From Phoronis australis (taxonomy: Eukaryota > Animalia > Phoronida), in contig NMRA01000312.1 of NCBI GenBank assembly GCA_002633005.1, forward strand, positions 62,001 to 126,000: a stretch of 64,000 bases of DNA, written 5' to 3'. The position numbers and the translations under genes were made by a program. Of this stretch, positions 1 to 13,540 are shown piece after piece. The notes beneath the pieces were generated by a model, which was not told the DNA's origin, did no database searches, and saw only the letters and a program-made list of their open reading frames with translations. The first letter of the stretch is position 1. Each line of letters begins with the position of its first letter.

Positions 1-2
1 TC

Positions 3-187
3 ACTAATGTACCTGTGGATGAAGTCATTGAGTTGTGTCTAAACAAGCTGTATATTGATACCGACAAGGTCCATAAATTGACCCGTAACCAATTACGCAT
101 ATTGTTCATGTGATTAAAAAAGGTGTTGACTGTGCTCTTGGATGAAAACACAACAAATGTATCATCCACATACCTACGATAAAATTG
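3..187. mobile_element. Penelope-like element reverse-transcriptase fragments in opposite orientations
   Basis: The + frame from 3 reads TNVPVDEVIELCLNKLYIDTDKVHKLTRNQLRILF, the PLE RT '(SLF)TNVP' motif. The - strand at 112-187 reads QFYRRYVDDTFVVFSSKSTVNTFFN, with the catalytic YVDD. Confidence 0.8.
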
Positions 188-373
188 TGACCAGCTACTG
201 ACCATATTCTATGTATCTCTCACTTCACTCTATGGATGTTACCTGAGCTGTATGTTGTCACTTGTTGTCCTAAAATGTTGTAAATATGATCCTGATGATG
301 TCTAATGAAAAGACGAAACGTTGAATTGAACATGAGCTTTTTTATTTGTGCGGCGATCGTCCGGTTTTTGAAT
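188..373 (+). mobile_element. Penelope pLTR/3' end, family A
   Basis: Near-identical to 26109-26288 (+) and 25857-25950 (-). The 26 kb copy follows a GIY-YIG C-terminus. Confidence 0.75.
288..326 (+). ncRNA. minimal hammerhead-ribozyme-like motif (Penelope type)
   Basis: CTGATGA (292-298), stem II GTCT...AGAC, GAAA, then the palindromic AACGTT; stem I is weak. Confidence 0.55.
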
Positions 374-547
374 TTAGATGACTACAAAGTGAGTTGAGAA
401 TCTCATTTCTAGTATTCGGGAACTTCAAGTGTTAGTCAAAAATTTGGAATGCACGCGTGTTAACGAAAGGCCGGTAGCCATTTTTTATATATATTTTCAG
501 CAGTAAATAAGTTTCGCCAAACAAAAAAATCTCAGCCCTTTGTGAAT

Positions 548-1700
548 TTGTATTTTTAATATCACTCAATTTCGGCTACCATTTTGCTATGTACCACCAA
601 ACATATTATTTCTTTTATAAATTTTATCGACAGAAAATCTATGTCGCGTTGAAAGAGCATCTGCTGTAATAGTTAGTTTGCTTTATAAGTTGTTTGATTA
701 TGTCTAGAAATCAAAATCAAGAGAAAAATATTTTTTAAAGAAAATACAGACATAAGAGCGATAACAGTCACAGCCTTCACCAACACTGCTGACGGATATA
801 ATAAGCATAAGTTTTAATAACCTCTGTTGTAACAAAAGTAATATTCATAGGACGCTGTGAATATACGACAGCGATGAGATACGCTGACACAGTTTAAAGA
901 CATTCTGACGTCATTATTAAGATGATGCATTCGTAGTGCTATACAAATGCAGTCAAGAGTTCTTTATTCATCCTACCTTCCACTTAGTAAACTTTCCTTG
1001 AAAAATTCTTGGGTTGTCACGGAACCAGTCGGCTGGTACGTCATTGTAGTTGTCGGGACCATTCTTTGTTTCGAGACCGTAGGCACACGACGGTGATCTA
1101 CGAAGGTACTAAGTACTAGATTCAATCGNTTGTATTTTTAATATCATTTATCACTCAATTTCGGCTACCATTTTGCTATGTACCACAAAAAACATTATTT
1201 CTTTTATAAATTGTATCGACAGAAAATTTATGTCGCGTTGAAATAGCATCTGTTGTAATAGTTAGTTTGATTATGTCTATTAATCAAAATCAAGCGAAAA
1301 TATTTTTTAAAGAAAATACAGACATAAGAGCGATAACAGTCACAGCCTTCACCAACACTGCTGACGGATATAATAAGCATAAGTTTTAATAACCTCTACT
1401 GTAACAAAAGTAATATTCATAGGACGCTGTGAATATACGATAGCGATGAGATACGCTGGCACAGTTTAAAGACATTCTGACGTCATTATTAAGATGATGC
1501 ATTCGTAGTGCTATACAAATGCAGTCAAGTGTTCTTTATTCATCCTACCTTCCACTTAGTAAACTTTCCTTGAAAAATTCTTGGGTTGTCACGGAACCAG
1601 TCGGCTGGTACGTCGTTGTAGTTGTCGGGACCATTCTTTGTTTCGAGACCGTATGCACACGACGGTGATCTACGAAGGTGTAATGTATTAGATTCAATCG
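548..1700 (+). repeat. ~575-bp direct tandem duplication (548-1128 / 1130-1700)
   Basis: Two highly similar copies joined at a single N (1129). Confidence 0.9.
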
Positions 1701-4539
1701 CTCGATGGTTAAAAAAGGAGGGACAGAAATTAGCCCGTCGTTAAGAATGACGAAAACGTGTTACTCCTTTTGGGTAGCAGTCGCCAACTTGGCATACTGT
1801 TCGGGGTTATTCGTTTTTGTGGGTTATATTGGCGTAAACGTTGGAAACGTCAATATTTTTCCAAAATAATAAAGATTTTTGTGTTACGTTTTTCCGTTTG
1901 CTTCAACAATGACGCACATTACAACCTCGTAAGAAGACCATGGATGCGTCCTCAACTGTGTATACGCACTGAAATTTTTGTTCAGTTATGACTGGATGCA
2001 TTTGTTGTGACGCTAAACACAAGTCATGATTTCTAATTGAACATGGTTACTTTTTTACATTTTCCTAATTCTAATAGGGATGAAAGATAAACGAATCTTC
2101 GTCCCCGTCGGAGCATTAGAAAGGACGGTGTCGTTTTGCATTAATGCAGATTTTGACACTCATTTTATGTCATTTCATATAGGTGACAACTTACGTCCTA
2201 GGTTCATCCAGACACATCCTAAATTGGTAGTCACAAGGGACCCAGTTGCACCAGATTGAACTGCTACTGTCACAGCACGATCCCTTTGCTTCGTGATCAT
2301 CAGGGTTGATGTAATCGACAAACTTTATACGGAGTTTCCCGCTAGCTGAGGCTTCAAGAGCAACCTAGAATGACATGAAACAGGGGATCGTTCTGTAGTT
2401 CCAACTGCTCGAGGAAATTGCGAGATATCAAAAGACCTCGCAAAATCACACGTGCGAAAGTCGAGTGCCTTTTGTTTGCAAAATTACGGACACCAAAGGA
2501 TTGGTCAGCAAGGTTGGAGTGTTGAATTGCGTCACTGAAGCCACTGTTTCCGTTTCACAAGGGAATGTGCTTCGCCGCAATGTTTTCTCGTCTATACAAC
2601 TCAGCACTGGGAACGCACGGCTGGGAATAAAGTAGACTCGAGACAATAGCAAGTAAAGAAATAGGCCTAACAAGCGTTTTAACGAACCATGGCATATTTA
2701 CAACACTATATGTTATATACAGAGCCCAGACACTTCGTCAGTGGGGAAACCACACACCTATAAGGTGAAGACTGTAGAACGATCAAATTCTCGAATAACC
2801 CAAACTGAAAAGGGGACAGGAGACAAACATCGGCGAGAGTCATAGCCAGAGTTGTAACTTGTTGGAAATGCTATAGATAATCAAAGAGAGGAAAGCTTTA
2901 GAATCAAAACTGACATCTTTCGCTAAAGCGCTTGTTATTTGTTTTCTTGTGTTGATTTGGCCTAAAACCAGAACCATCAAAAGACACTAGCAGATATCGC
3001 GATGGTGGAGCATTCTCAAGGAGAAATGATAATCTAAATTTGTTCTAAATAGCAATTTGTATTTGAAATGATAGCAGGCAATTTTGGTACTATAATAAAG
3101 TTATCTTTGTGTAAAGAATAAATCTGACTTTTTACGAGCTGTCAAATTCCCTTGCAATCGAAATAACTTCTTTTCAAAATCATAACAGTTGACATACACC
3201 AGGGGAGCGTTTAGTAACGCTAGCAAGATCTCGCGAAATATCGCTGTGTATTTTCAATGAGAGCGCGTGATTTTTGTCTGGATTTTTCTCACCGCTAGAC
3301 AGTTACTGAACTCCACCCTTTTGTACACGTACAGCTGTCGTCACTTGCCCCAACAAAAATTAAACGGTAATTTGAACTGAAGAGTATTTTGAAAACTTGC
3401 AGAATTTGAATTCTTGCAATTCGGTAGGATTTCATACAAGTGTTTTTAAGTGATTTTGGTTTAAGAAAAACCACTTTCAGATTTTGAGAAATTATTTTTT
3501 TTTCTAGCTTAAGTGCCCAACCACATTATCTTGCACATTAAGTTTTTTAGAACTTCTCTAATGAGGGACCATTTTAGCTGAAGTAATGGCAGTATTTGAA
3601 TCAGTCTCCAATGTTTTTAATTTCAGTAACTAAACTAGCCTGGATTCAGTTATAGCTCAGATGATTATACGCTGGAACTAGATTGTCGTTCCCCTGATCC
3701 TGACTATATCATAACATTTACCCGAACAACGAGGCTCCAGCTCTCGTGAACATGGTTCATAACTTATAAAAGTAGCATACGGCCCAATAAACCCAGATCA
3801 TCGACTCTCACGGCTCATTGATCGCCAGATATGACACTGAGCTCACAAAACACATCTTAGGCACCATAAAAACACAAACATGACCGACGACAGCCCAATA
3901 CAGTAGATTCTCTAGTGACTTGAAGATCGTGCATCGTGTAGGCCTACTTGTAAATCAGTCTCCCAGTACAAGTTTGTGGATCATTGAACTGTTTTCGTGT
4001 ACGTAAGGCGTGCTTTGTGAGCCCGGCACCGTTTTTGTCGGTCGGTGAGCCGGGTATGAGTTAGTGAGCAGGTGAATATGTTTATAAGGGAGGAATTGTG
4101 TTTATGAGTAGGAGTGCAGTATTTGAGAAGCCTAAATGTTACGAGCTAGAACTTTCTGGCACAGAGTACAATATCATACAAATTCAGTTATTCGCCAACA
4201 ATAAAAAAGCGAATTCGATAAAAATATATTCCCAATAGACAGTAACTTACCCAATAATAATGTGAAATATGATAAACTAGGTAAAAATCGATAAAGCAGA
4301 ATTAAAAGACGCATGAATTTAAAAGGTCAAGATAACTAATGTTTATAAAAAACAGAAGCAAAATTTATTCCTTTCTCAGTGTGTATACACATTTAAACTT
4401 TGGAAGAGGTTCTCTTCATACTTAAGCCTGTGTTTTATAGGGCGCTTTTTATTGTATTCAACAACCATCCCTTAATTTATAGAAATGTTCTATCAAAGAA
4501 GCAGTAATTAGTGTAAAAATCAACTTCAAATAATTCAGA

Positions 4540-4689
4540 GGCGGATCCAGGGGGCTCAAGGGGGTTCGGACCTCCCATTTCCCCTTGATTTTAATGATAT
4601 CAAATCTAGAATTTTCAAATTGTTGACTTGGACCCCCGTTTTTAAAAAATCTTAGATCCGAACCTCTTTTAAAAAATCCTGGATCCGCC
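4540..4689. mobile_element. short MITE-like element
   Basis: Terminal inverted repeats GGCGGATCCAGG / CCTGGATCCGCC. Related ends occur at ~9001, 12911-12935 and ~42541. Confidence 0.65.
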
Positions 4690-7238
4690 CACTATCTTAA
4701 CGCAAATTTACCATGTCATGACATTTCTGATATTGAATATCTATTTTATGCTGTCAAAACGTCTGAAAGTTTAGTGACATTTCGTCTAAAGAACACCTAG
4801 TCCTACATGTTCACTGCACATACAGCTACAGTTCTGCTATCATCTGCCTCCTCCACAAGTAATGCATGCTTTCCAACTCGTCTTTCCTAGCGAAGTGAAA
4901 AGAGGCTTTATTCTCGTAGCATTGTTTCACGCTCGATGTGTTTTTACAACTTTATTACCCGGATGTATTTGATCGAGTTATGAATTGCAAATTGTTAATA
5001 CTGCTGTTCCAGCACTTTCCACTTGAAATGTGAAATGTATGCTTATGCGGAGTACCAGTCCATGTTTTGCGCCGCTAAAGTGCCCATCGATGCAGCAGTG
5101 AAGACAGTTTTATTTAATTTGCGCTAGAAATTGCACGAAACTGTCCATTATTTATGTCTATAGTACTTACGTGTAACACGACAGACAAAACTAAGAAACC
5201 TGACGAGATCTTTGGTTCCATCGCTCCCAATAATCAATCGAACACAAACGAACTGGAAACTTGGACCCCAGTAACAGACCAGTATCTTGTTCCTCTATCC
5301 GTTTTTCTATCTTTGACGATTTTTAATTGTTGGCAATTAAATACAAAAACGACACGGTCGTGCAGCAAACTGAACTGTCCTCTGGGATTACTGTGATTGA
5401 AATTTCTCTGTTTACCTGCACGCTGTGCTACAGATTCATTCATTATCTTATCCTTACAATATCAGGAATGGGGTGACTTTTATCGCAAGTAAGACCAACC
5501 CTTATGGATGACTTACTTACTCATAAGTATGACCCGACCCGTAAGATAAATAAAAACAATGTCAACGCGTGCGGTTAATAAGATAATAACACGAGAATAA
5601 ATACTTTTAATGTTGAAATTAATTTAATTGTATAGCTTAACTTAAAATACTGATAAATGAAATCCAACATGAGCTTGAAGTCATGCTGAATTTTTAGAAT
5701 TGCCACAATGTTTTCAAACGGCAATGCAAATACCGTTTAAAAGCGTATCACATATTCGTGCAAACACGCGCACCAATAGGTAAAGCTGCGCATGCGCCTA
5801 TAATGCGGAACACGTGGGTTGATGTTGAGCTAGCCACAGCCCATTCTGACACGATTTCAACTTTGGATTAAATAGATAATTGAAGAATATACTATGAATA
5901 GTTAAAACAGGCACAAAACGTCCAGTTTATGAATTGCCTCTGTATAGAAACATCTGTTAATGCCTTAATGACATGGTAGACGGTATACGATTTTTGTGTG
6001 CAACATTTGAGCAAGGTTTTTTGGAAGAGCGGATTCAAATTTGTAGGCAGTAAAACGTCCACGTGTGATCAGAACAGGGTCATCGCAACACCAAAAACCA
6101 CCCCACTGATACGTTGTTTTATGTGCTACTCTCGTCAGTCCATCAACAAACCATTGTGATTATTCTATTGTTCGGTGTGTGGCTTGATGATAAGTTGTGA
6201 CTGACATGAAAAATGGCGTCTTATCTGGTTAATAGGTAATCCGAAGTGGACGTCCTAAAGTTCATTAACTAGATCACAGTATGTGCTGTAACAGAAAGGT
6301 TAACGTGTATGATATTGGCCTCAACATCTTCTTCACTCAAACGAGAAGTAATTTTCAGCATGCAAAAAACTGGCAGTTCATTATTAGTTCAGACAATGCA
6401 TGGCGCATAAAATAAGACGCCAAGACAAGACAATTTGTAGAGCCTAGTCACGAATAATACCCAACTTTAGTTCTTTGAAAGCCATGAAATCCTTTCAAAT
6501 TTGACTGAGGTCTTAATTATTTTTTGTGATTCTAAGGCGGGTTTATAACTGGTTTGACGTAATCAACTCTAGTGTAAGGTCAGTACACAAGGATTATAGC
6601 AAGTATGAGTACCACCAGGCAGGATCTTTCAATCCATACCCACAGCGTGCTGTACACATGTTATTCTTGAGATTCTTACCATTAAACTAAAGACAGAAAT
6701 CGTCAACCACACGAAAACTTTATGCTGACTTTGATGGTGTTAACAGTTATTTATTATTACATAAGAATTGTAACCTTTTGACGTTTCAACATAAAATTTG
6801 GTAGTCTATTTTAAATGGCCTATCCTTAACCGAGACCTATTTTGTAGCGATAACTTATCTACATCAAAAGCACATTTGATATAACGCGGGTTTGTAACTG
6901 CTTGACATTAATTAAATATTATCGAAAGTATATCGGGATATCGCCACCAGTAAATTTTATGCAATGTCGAAGAACATCTTCAGAGATGTAACGTTCTGAC
7001 GGCACCGGCGGCTCCATGTTGTTTTTTACGTCGGACGTTAACGGATCAGCCTCATCGCCACTAGAAAATCTATTTTGACTGACTGTGGTTTGCATTGAAT
7101 CGAATATGCCGCTTGTGCTTTTGCGAGTCCGAACCGTGGACTGAACTTATCTTATCCTGTTTCAGTATGACACTCCTTCACACCGCATAGAGGAATGACA
7201 CACCTACGAGCGTGTGGCGCTGCAGTAAAGTGTAGCAA

Positions 7239-7494
7239 CAAGGTGTTCCATCGAAATTGGAACCCCGGTGTAAGACAGATATCCCGGAGTTGAAACAAAC
7301 CCCCCGCATCTTCAAAACAATTAACCAGCCCGAAAAACAAAAACCCGACCTTTAAAACACGAACCCGGGGTTCGTGTTTAAAGATCGGGGTTCGTGTTTT
7401 TTGGGCTAGTTAGCTGTTTTGAAGGTGCGGGAGTCTGCATTCGACTCTGGGATGTCTTTTTTCATTAGGACTCCAATTTCGTCTGAACGCCTTG
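7239..7494. mobile_element. ~256-bp imperfect palindrome (foldback/MITE)
   Basis: Ends CAAGGTGTTC / GAACGCCTTG, inner arms CCCGCATCTTCAAAACA / TGTTTTGAAGGTGCGGG, centre AACACGAACCCGGGGTTCGTGTT. Confidence 0.75.
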
Positions 7495-9580
7495 AGAACG
7501 TGAGTTCTGAACCCGCGTGAGCAACTGTCGTGCCCTACAAGTTTCCTCGTGGAAAAAGTTTCCTATTTTTGTTCCTAAAATTCCCTATCATATATTGGAT
7601 TTCATACTATTGGGTCATGCTCTCTTAATACTCCAGTCACTAATTCTTCAAACTGACTTGGGATGCTCTTATAATTTTACGGGACCTATGGTGAACATAA
7701 ATACGAATTGTGTGAAAATGTATAGGTACCTCACTGATATTGAATGTTTCGGTTTTCAAATCAGACTATAAAGATGATAATGAAACATGAGTAAAACGCC
7801 ACGTTGAACAGAATCATAAAACACAATGTTATTTCAAATGACTAATTCTTGCTAAAATTATATAAGTAAAATTCATTTTTGAGCCTCAGAAGTGGGACCA
7901 CCTATATTAATAATAATCCCGACCGAAGACCACCAACAGCGGCATCCTATTTTAAAATGAGGGCCCCGTTTTTTTGGTCACTTTCAGTTGGGGCCGTCTA
8001 TTTTAATATGGCTGGCACGTCTGAAGGTCGAAAATGTATTTCTTGCCTACGTCATTTTGATAACATTAAGGCCTTTAAAAGAATAAGCTGTTATAAGAAT
8101 TTTATCTTGGAAAACGATCCAACAGTTTGTAAATACGGATGGTCACGTGATATGACCACGTGACTCTGTAAGGTACCTACAATTTGTATCCAAGCGTTGT
8201 TTGGAATGTTTTTACATAATAGCTTTGATTTTGGATGATTGAGTTTTTCGATTGCTTTTAGTTTCTCAGAAATCAGAGAAGTCAGTGATACTCGATCGCC
8301 GTTCGACCACTTTGAGAGATCTGAGGGTAATTTTAGAATTCAGGCATTATGTTCAGGTACTTGTAACAATTACTCCACCCCAAACTGCATGGATTTAACT
8401 CCCAAGTTAACAGCCAGAACATACACTTTCTTTTTATTCCATGATAAAGTTGTTGTTGAGTTCAGTTGATGTTTATTTCTAGAACATACTCGGCTCACAC
8501 ACAATTTTTTGTGAGCCAGATGCTTGTTTTTAGAATATTCCCGCCTTTTGGCCGATGTTAACCTATAAAAATGTTTAATAATATGCTTCGATGTCACAGT
8601 ATTTGCAACAAACCAACGCCTCGAGAGGCTGTGTTGAATTGTACATTGGTAATATCTGTAGAAGACATTGTGGCCTATGTAGTTCTTCCGCAAAATGCTT
8701 GTTCTAGAGCGGTTACTCATCCAGTGTGTTGTGATTATTTGTACTTCCTTTTAGAACAGTTTTTAGCTCTTGACTTTCAGGGCTCAGGACCACCGCTGCA
8801 TTGGCCATTTTCACTGCACACCAAACAGCAGATGAGGTCACAGTATTGATTTACTGGAAACGAATCTAAAGAATTGGCCGAATTTCTAATGTAATCACTC
8901 AACACAACGACTTTACCTGTTGTAACTTCAAAACATCTATCTTACTCAAAAAAAACCCTAAATAATGTGCTTTTGGAAATAAAACTCTTTAAATAACTTG
9001 CAGCGGATTCAGGATTTTCCAGTAGTTGTAACCAATTTTTGCAAGAAAAACACACGCGGGGTCAAATGTCAATATGAAACGTTTGACTAATTTATCAGTA
9101 TCATAATGCCTCGTAAATTACCTTCATATCTTCTTCAACCACACTTGCATAGGAGCGCTGAAAGACAATAAAGATAATCTCTTGTCAGAGGCTTATTTAA
9201 AACAATATGTATTGTGAAGAACCAACATATGACAATGTCATATTTTATATCTTTTGACATCTGTGTTTACAAGCAACCATATTTTCGTCGAAGGGGTCCC
9301 TAATAACGAAACTATCTCTAATATAAACTGATTTACTTCAAACAGGGTATGAAATGGCATACGTTGGAATATTTCAAAAACATCCACCAGCCCAGGTACA
9401 CGTTTGTAACAAAACTTTTATCCTTTTGACAAACTTTGCTGAATTCCTAAAATATGTCATTTGTTGTGACTAATATTAAAGTTACGGCCGGAGTAGTGTA
9501 GATAAGATACAGTTGTAAAAAATAAAAACTTTCCGAAACCAAGGAAGTGGCCTTTCAGATTCATTGACTGTCGGTTATTC

Positions 9581-9666
9581 TGTGTGTGTGTGTGTACGTG
9601 TGTGTGTGTGCGTGTGTGCGTGCGTGTGTGTGTGCGTGTGTGTATATACATATGTATGTATGTATA
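9581..9666. repeat. (TG)n/(TATG)n microsatellite
   Basis: Directly visible. Confidence 0.95.
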
Positions 9667-12267
9667 CAAAGGGACCCGTTTGCAGGGAAATTCCATGAAA
9701 ATAGCAACTACCCTTTCGTAGTGTGTTTTTTCAGGCTGAATTCTGTTAACCCAATCCTTTTATAAGTATTCTCGGACAGCTGGCTAAACCATTGTAAGTG
9801 TGAACCAGTATATAAAGAGATGCCATGCTGTGAAAAATGAGCAACCTAAATTTTGACAATTCAGATAATGTAAAAGCCCTCCTGTATATTTGAATAGTGG
9901 TCAAGGAACGCAGGAATGATCTTTTGTATGAGTTTCGAATTCCCGAAGTGAACCCTTTAAGGGAATTTTGTCGGAAATTAAAGCACTTTTTCAGAGAGAA
10001 AGTGGTCGTGAATTGAAAAGTCACTCTTCTGAGGGACACACTTTGTCCCGTATACCTCTGCTACGTGAGTGTCCTCGAGAAACGTCTAATCACTAATTTA
10101 CTTAAAATTGCTTATAATTACCCCAGTGGAAGCAATTTTAATTGAAAGTTATGACGTAAAACCTGGTATATAAGGCCACTTTTATATTCGAAGACCGTAC
10201 CTTCATATTTGGCCGGAGGTCATATTCATTCTGTTTAGCGTAGCCTAATGTTCGAATATCAAAGCCGTGGCTTTATCATGTATTCGAGGTAGGTTGCATT
10301 CTGGTATGAACAAAAGTTTAAATTCGAAAATGAAAATCGAAAAACATTATTTTCCTGTCATGTATAATGAAGAATATAATGGAATATTTTTTTCGATAAC
10401 TTGTTATCAGTTCTATAATGAATCCGCCGGATCGTACGTGGCTGAAAACAAATTCTGTCAGTGACATTCATCTAAGTTTTGATCATAAGTTGACTCGAAG
10501 CTGTCGATCGTGTAAAGTGTCACCATAAAGTATTTTTAAACATTCACCAACATTGAACCAAATAATACTTGTTTGAAAGAGTTTACCTCAGTTAGGACCA
10601 GTTTGTAATTATCAATATACCAAGCGTAATGTTTCTAAAACGTTTTGCGTTGTTGATTCCAACTCAATGAAAAGTAACGAATACACGCAAGTTGCTCAAC
10701 TCAATAAAAGCGCGTTCACTCAATACTCTCGGATGTACCTGTTTACGTGCAAAGTCAAATCCGCCAACAGACCCAAAGGCCATCATGAAAAGTCAACTGT
10801 TGGTAATCTAAAATTACAGACCATAGGTTCTGTTTTCAAAAGAATGCACGGTATTTATTCACATGTAGAGGCGATCTTACTTTCAAATTTATTATCTTAA
10901 CACAACTGTCTTGGAAAGGTCTTCTTAAGATAAGATAATGTTTAAGTCACTAATTGACATTACGCTACGTACACGAATCAGAATTCTGGGTGTGGTATCG
11001 TAATTGCAAGGGCAAACAAAATGATAACTATGCAGGTCAAACATCAGGGGAGGGGTCCCAACGATTGAACAAATTGACTCATTTTTCCTATTTTTGTGAA
11101 ATCGCTCAACCTCTCGGAGAGTCAACCGTTTACAAACAGCATTAACTGCAATATTTTTTCTTTCTAAGTGATATAATCTTTCACATTCAAACGGGGATCC
11201 TCCTTTATGAAAGCCGGGTCCGGGGCAAAGTTGCGCAAACACCCCCTGGATGCATTCCACTGGCATCGCACACGATACTGGCACTGTCAACTCATGAAAT
11301 GTAGATGCAATTTCAAAATGGGTTAAAATGGCGCAGAACGTGTTCTAAAGCAGAGCAGAATAATTAAAGACACGCAACTCAAGCAATAAAATATATGATA
11401 ATGTGTCGAAAAAAATAATTACAGCTAGCTTCTACCGCCATCTGAGGGTCGAAGTTATAGTGAAGACCAGTGTGATCACTTAGTCGGATATAGATGAAAT
11501 ATCGACACAGTATTTCTTTTGAATATCGCTATCCAGTGATTAAGACTATGGTGAATCGTTGATAGCCGGGAAATTCGTACTTGGCAATCAGACTTAGTTG
11601 GTAACGTGTTCAGTTTCAACGAGTTTGTTTCTACTTACGATGTCTCAAAGTATAATTGTATATGTCAGTGGCAATTTGATAAACAAAGATTTCTGCCGTG
11701 CGATTTTTGGAGTTCAAGTTCAACTCCATGAGCAACCTACCTCAGGAATGAATTCGCGTTAACGGATGAATTCTCAATTTTTTGGGGAGGGCCCCCAAAA
11801 CAAACGTGGGATGGCCCAACACCCAATTCCATACCCTCCTGGTAATCAGTGTTCGGCGAGTCACGCCGCTTCAGTTGGCGCGTATGGCTTTAGTCATCAA
11901 TCAGTGTTGGGTTTGCCCTCATCCCACCCAGGAAATCTTTCTGTTTTTTCCTCTAAAAATCAAGCATTTTCCTTGATTCCAGAAGTATTATCCAAGAAAA
12001 AAAAAAGGCAAAAACAGTGAGAAAGTGTCAAATAGAAAATGCCGCAAGCGCCACAGACCTGGCGGATAGACCGCGCGTGCTTTACCACTGCACCACCACG
12101 ATTTAGCTCTTGCTTCGGTATTAAAAGACCTACTTGTTTATGGTCCACAGCGTTTGCGAGCGAAACGTTTTTTGTAATGCTTATTACATGTTTTAAATTT
12201 TGTGCAATCAGTTCGTTACAAATTTGTTATATTTAACATAGTCTTCAATTGCCCAAAAGTCCAAATC

Positions 12268-12910
12268 NNNNNNNNNNNNNNNNNNNNNNNNNNNNNNNNN
12301 NNNNNNNNNNNNNNNNNNNNNNNNNNNNNNNNNNNNNNNNNNNNNNNNNNNNNNNNNNNNNNNNNNNNNNNNNNNNNNNNNNNNNNNNNNNNNNNNNNNN
12401 NNNNNNNNNNNNNNNNNNNNNNNNNNNNNNNNNNNNNNNNNNNNNNNNNNNNNNNNNNNNNNNNNNNNNNNNNNNNNNNNNNNNNNNNNNNNNNNNNNNN
12501 NNNNNNNNNNNNNNNNNNNNNNNNNNNNNNNNNNNNNNNNNNNNNNNNNNNNNNNNNNNNNNNNNNNNNNNNNNNNNNNNNNNNNNNNNNNNNNNNNNNN
12601 NNNNNNNNNNNNNNNNNNNNNNNNNNNNNNNNNNNNNNNNNNNNNNNNNNNNNNNNNNNNNNNNNNNNNNNNNNNNNNNNNNNNNNNNNNNNNNNNNNNN
12701 NNNNNNNNNNNNNNNNNNNNNNNNNNNNNNNNNNNNNNNNNNNNNNNNNNNNNNNNNNNNNNNNNNNNNNNNNNNNNNNNNNNNNNNNNNNNNNNNNNNN
12801 NNNNNNNNNNNNNNNNNNNNNNNNNNNNNNNNNNNNNNNNNNNNNNNNNNNNNNNNNNNNNNNNNNNNNNNNNNNNNNNNNNNNNNNNNNNNNNNNNNNN
12901 NNNNNNNNNN
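12268..12910. other. assembly gap
   Basis: Run of N. Confidence 1.
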
Positions 12911-13249
12911 GGCCCCCCCCCTAAATCCGCCTATGTCAATCACTTATAAATCAGTCCAATGACTGCGAATTCGGTGAAAAACTTAATAATCAAAAACCAA
13001 CAGTTAACGCAAATCAGTGTGGCGCGTTCTGAAAGTTCATTTTAGTTTTTATCACAAGTTCAAGGCATTCATTCGGCTGACCAAACGCCGCACATGCCAT
13101 GGTTATTTTCTTCTGTGCCTTGGTGTTACCTGCAAGGGTTAGTTGCGGCGAAGACTGAGTATGCCGGCATAGTAAAGAATTTTTGACTAGAACTAATGCT
13201 TCAGTGAAACATTGACTTGTATGGTGGGCCGTGGGGGGTGGGGGGAATT

Positions 13250-13540
13250 GTCGCTGTAAAAATTGCGTACGTAAGTTAATTCTTATTAGTGGAGTAAATC
13301 AGTTATTTTCGGCGTAAATTAATATTTCATGGCGTAAAGTAATTACATACGGTGTAAATAATTATTTGCGGCGTAAAGTAATTATTTTACGCCGCAAAGT
13401 ATTATTTTACGGCGCTCTACGTGCGTCAGTTAATTCTTGATTGAGAGGCGTGAAGTAATAATTAGACGCGTAAATTAATTATTAGCGGCGTTTAATAATA
13501 ATTTGTGGCGTAACGGCGTACAGTAATTATTTGCAGCGAT
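13250..13540. repeat. array of ~20-bp GGCGTAAA(G/T)TAATTATTT subrepeats bounded by short inverted repeats
   Basis: About a dozen degenerate units in both orientations; ends TCGCTGTAAA / TTTGCAGCGA. Confidence 0.7.

Noticed and set aside
8370-8900. Overlapping Cys-containing ORFs on both strands
   Set aside because: No recognisable domain or splice chain, and stops in the most protein-like frame.
10925-11290. 121-aa minus-strand ORF
   Set aside because: No motif, no ATG start and no supporting exon context.
12040-12100. tRNA/SINE-like head on - (GGTGGTGCAGTGGTAAAGCACGC)
   Set aside because: Only an A-box-like segment is present; there is no B-box or cloverleaf.
12202-12962. Long ORFs of 232-240 aa in the ORF track
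   Set aside because: They are artefacts of translating the N gap.
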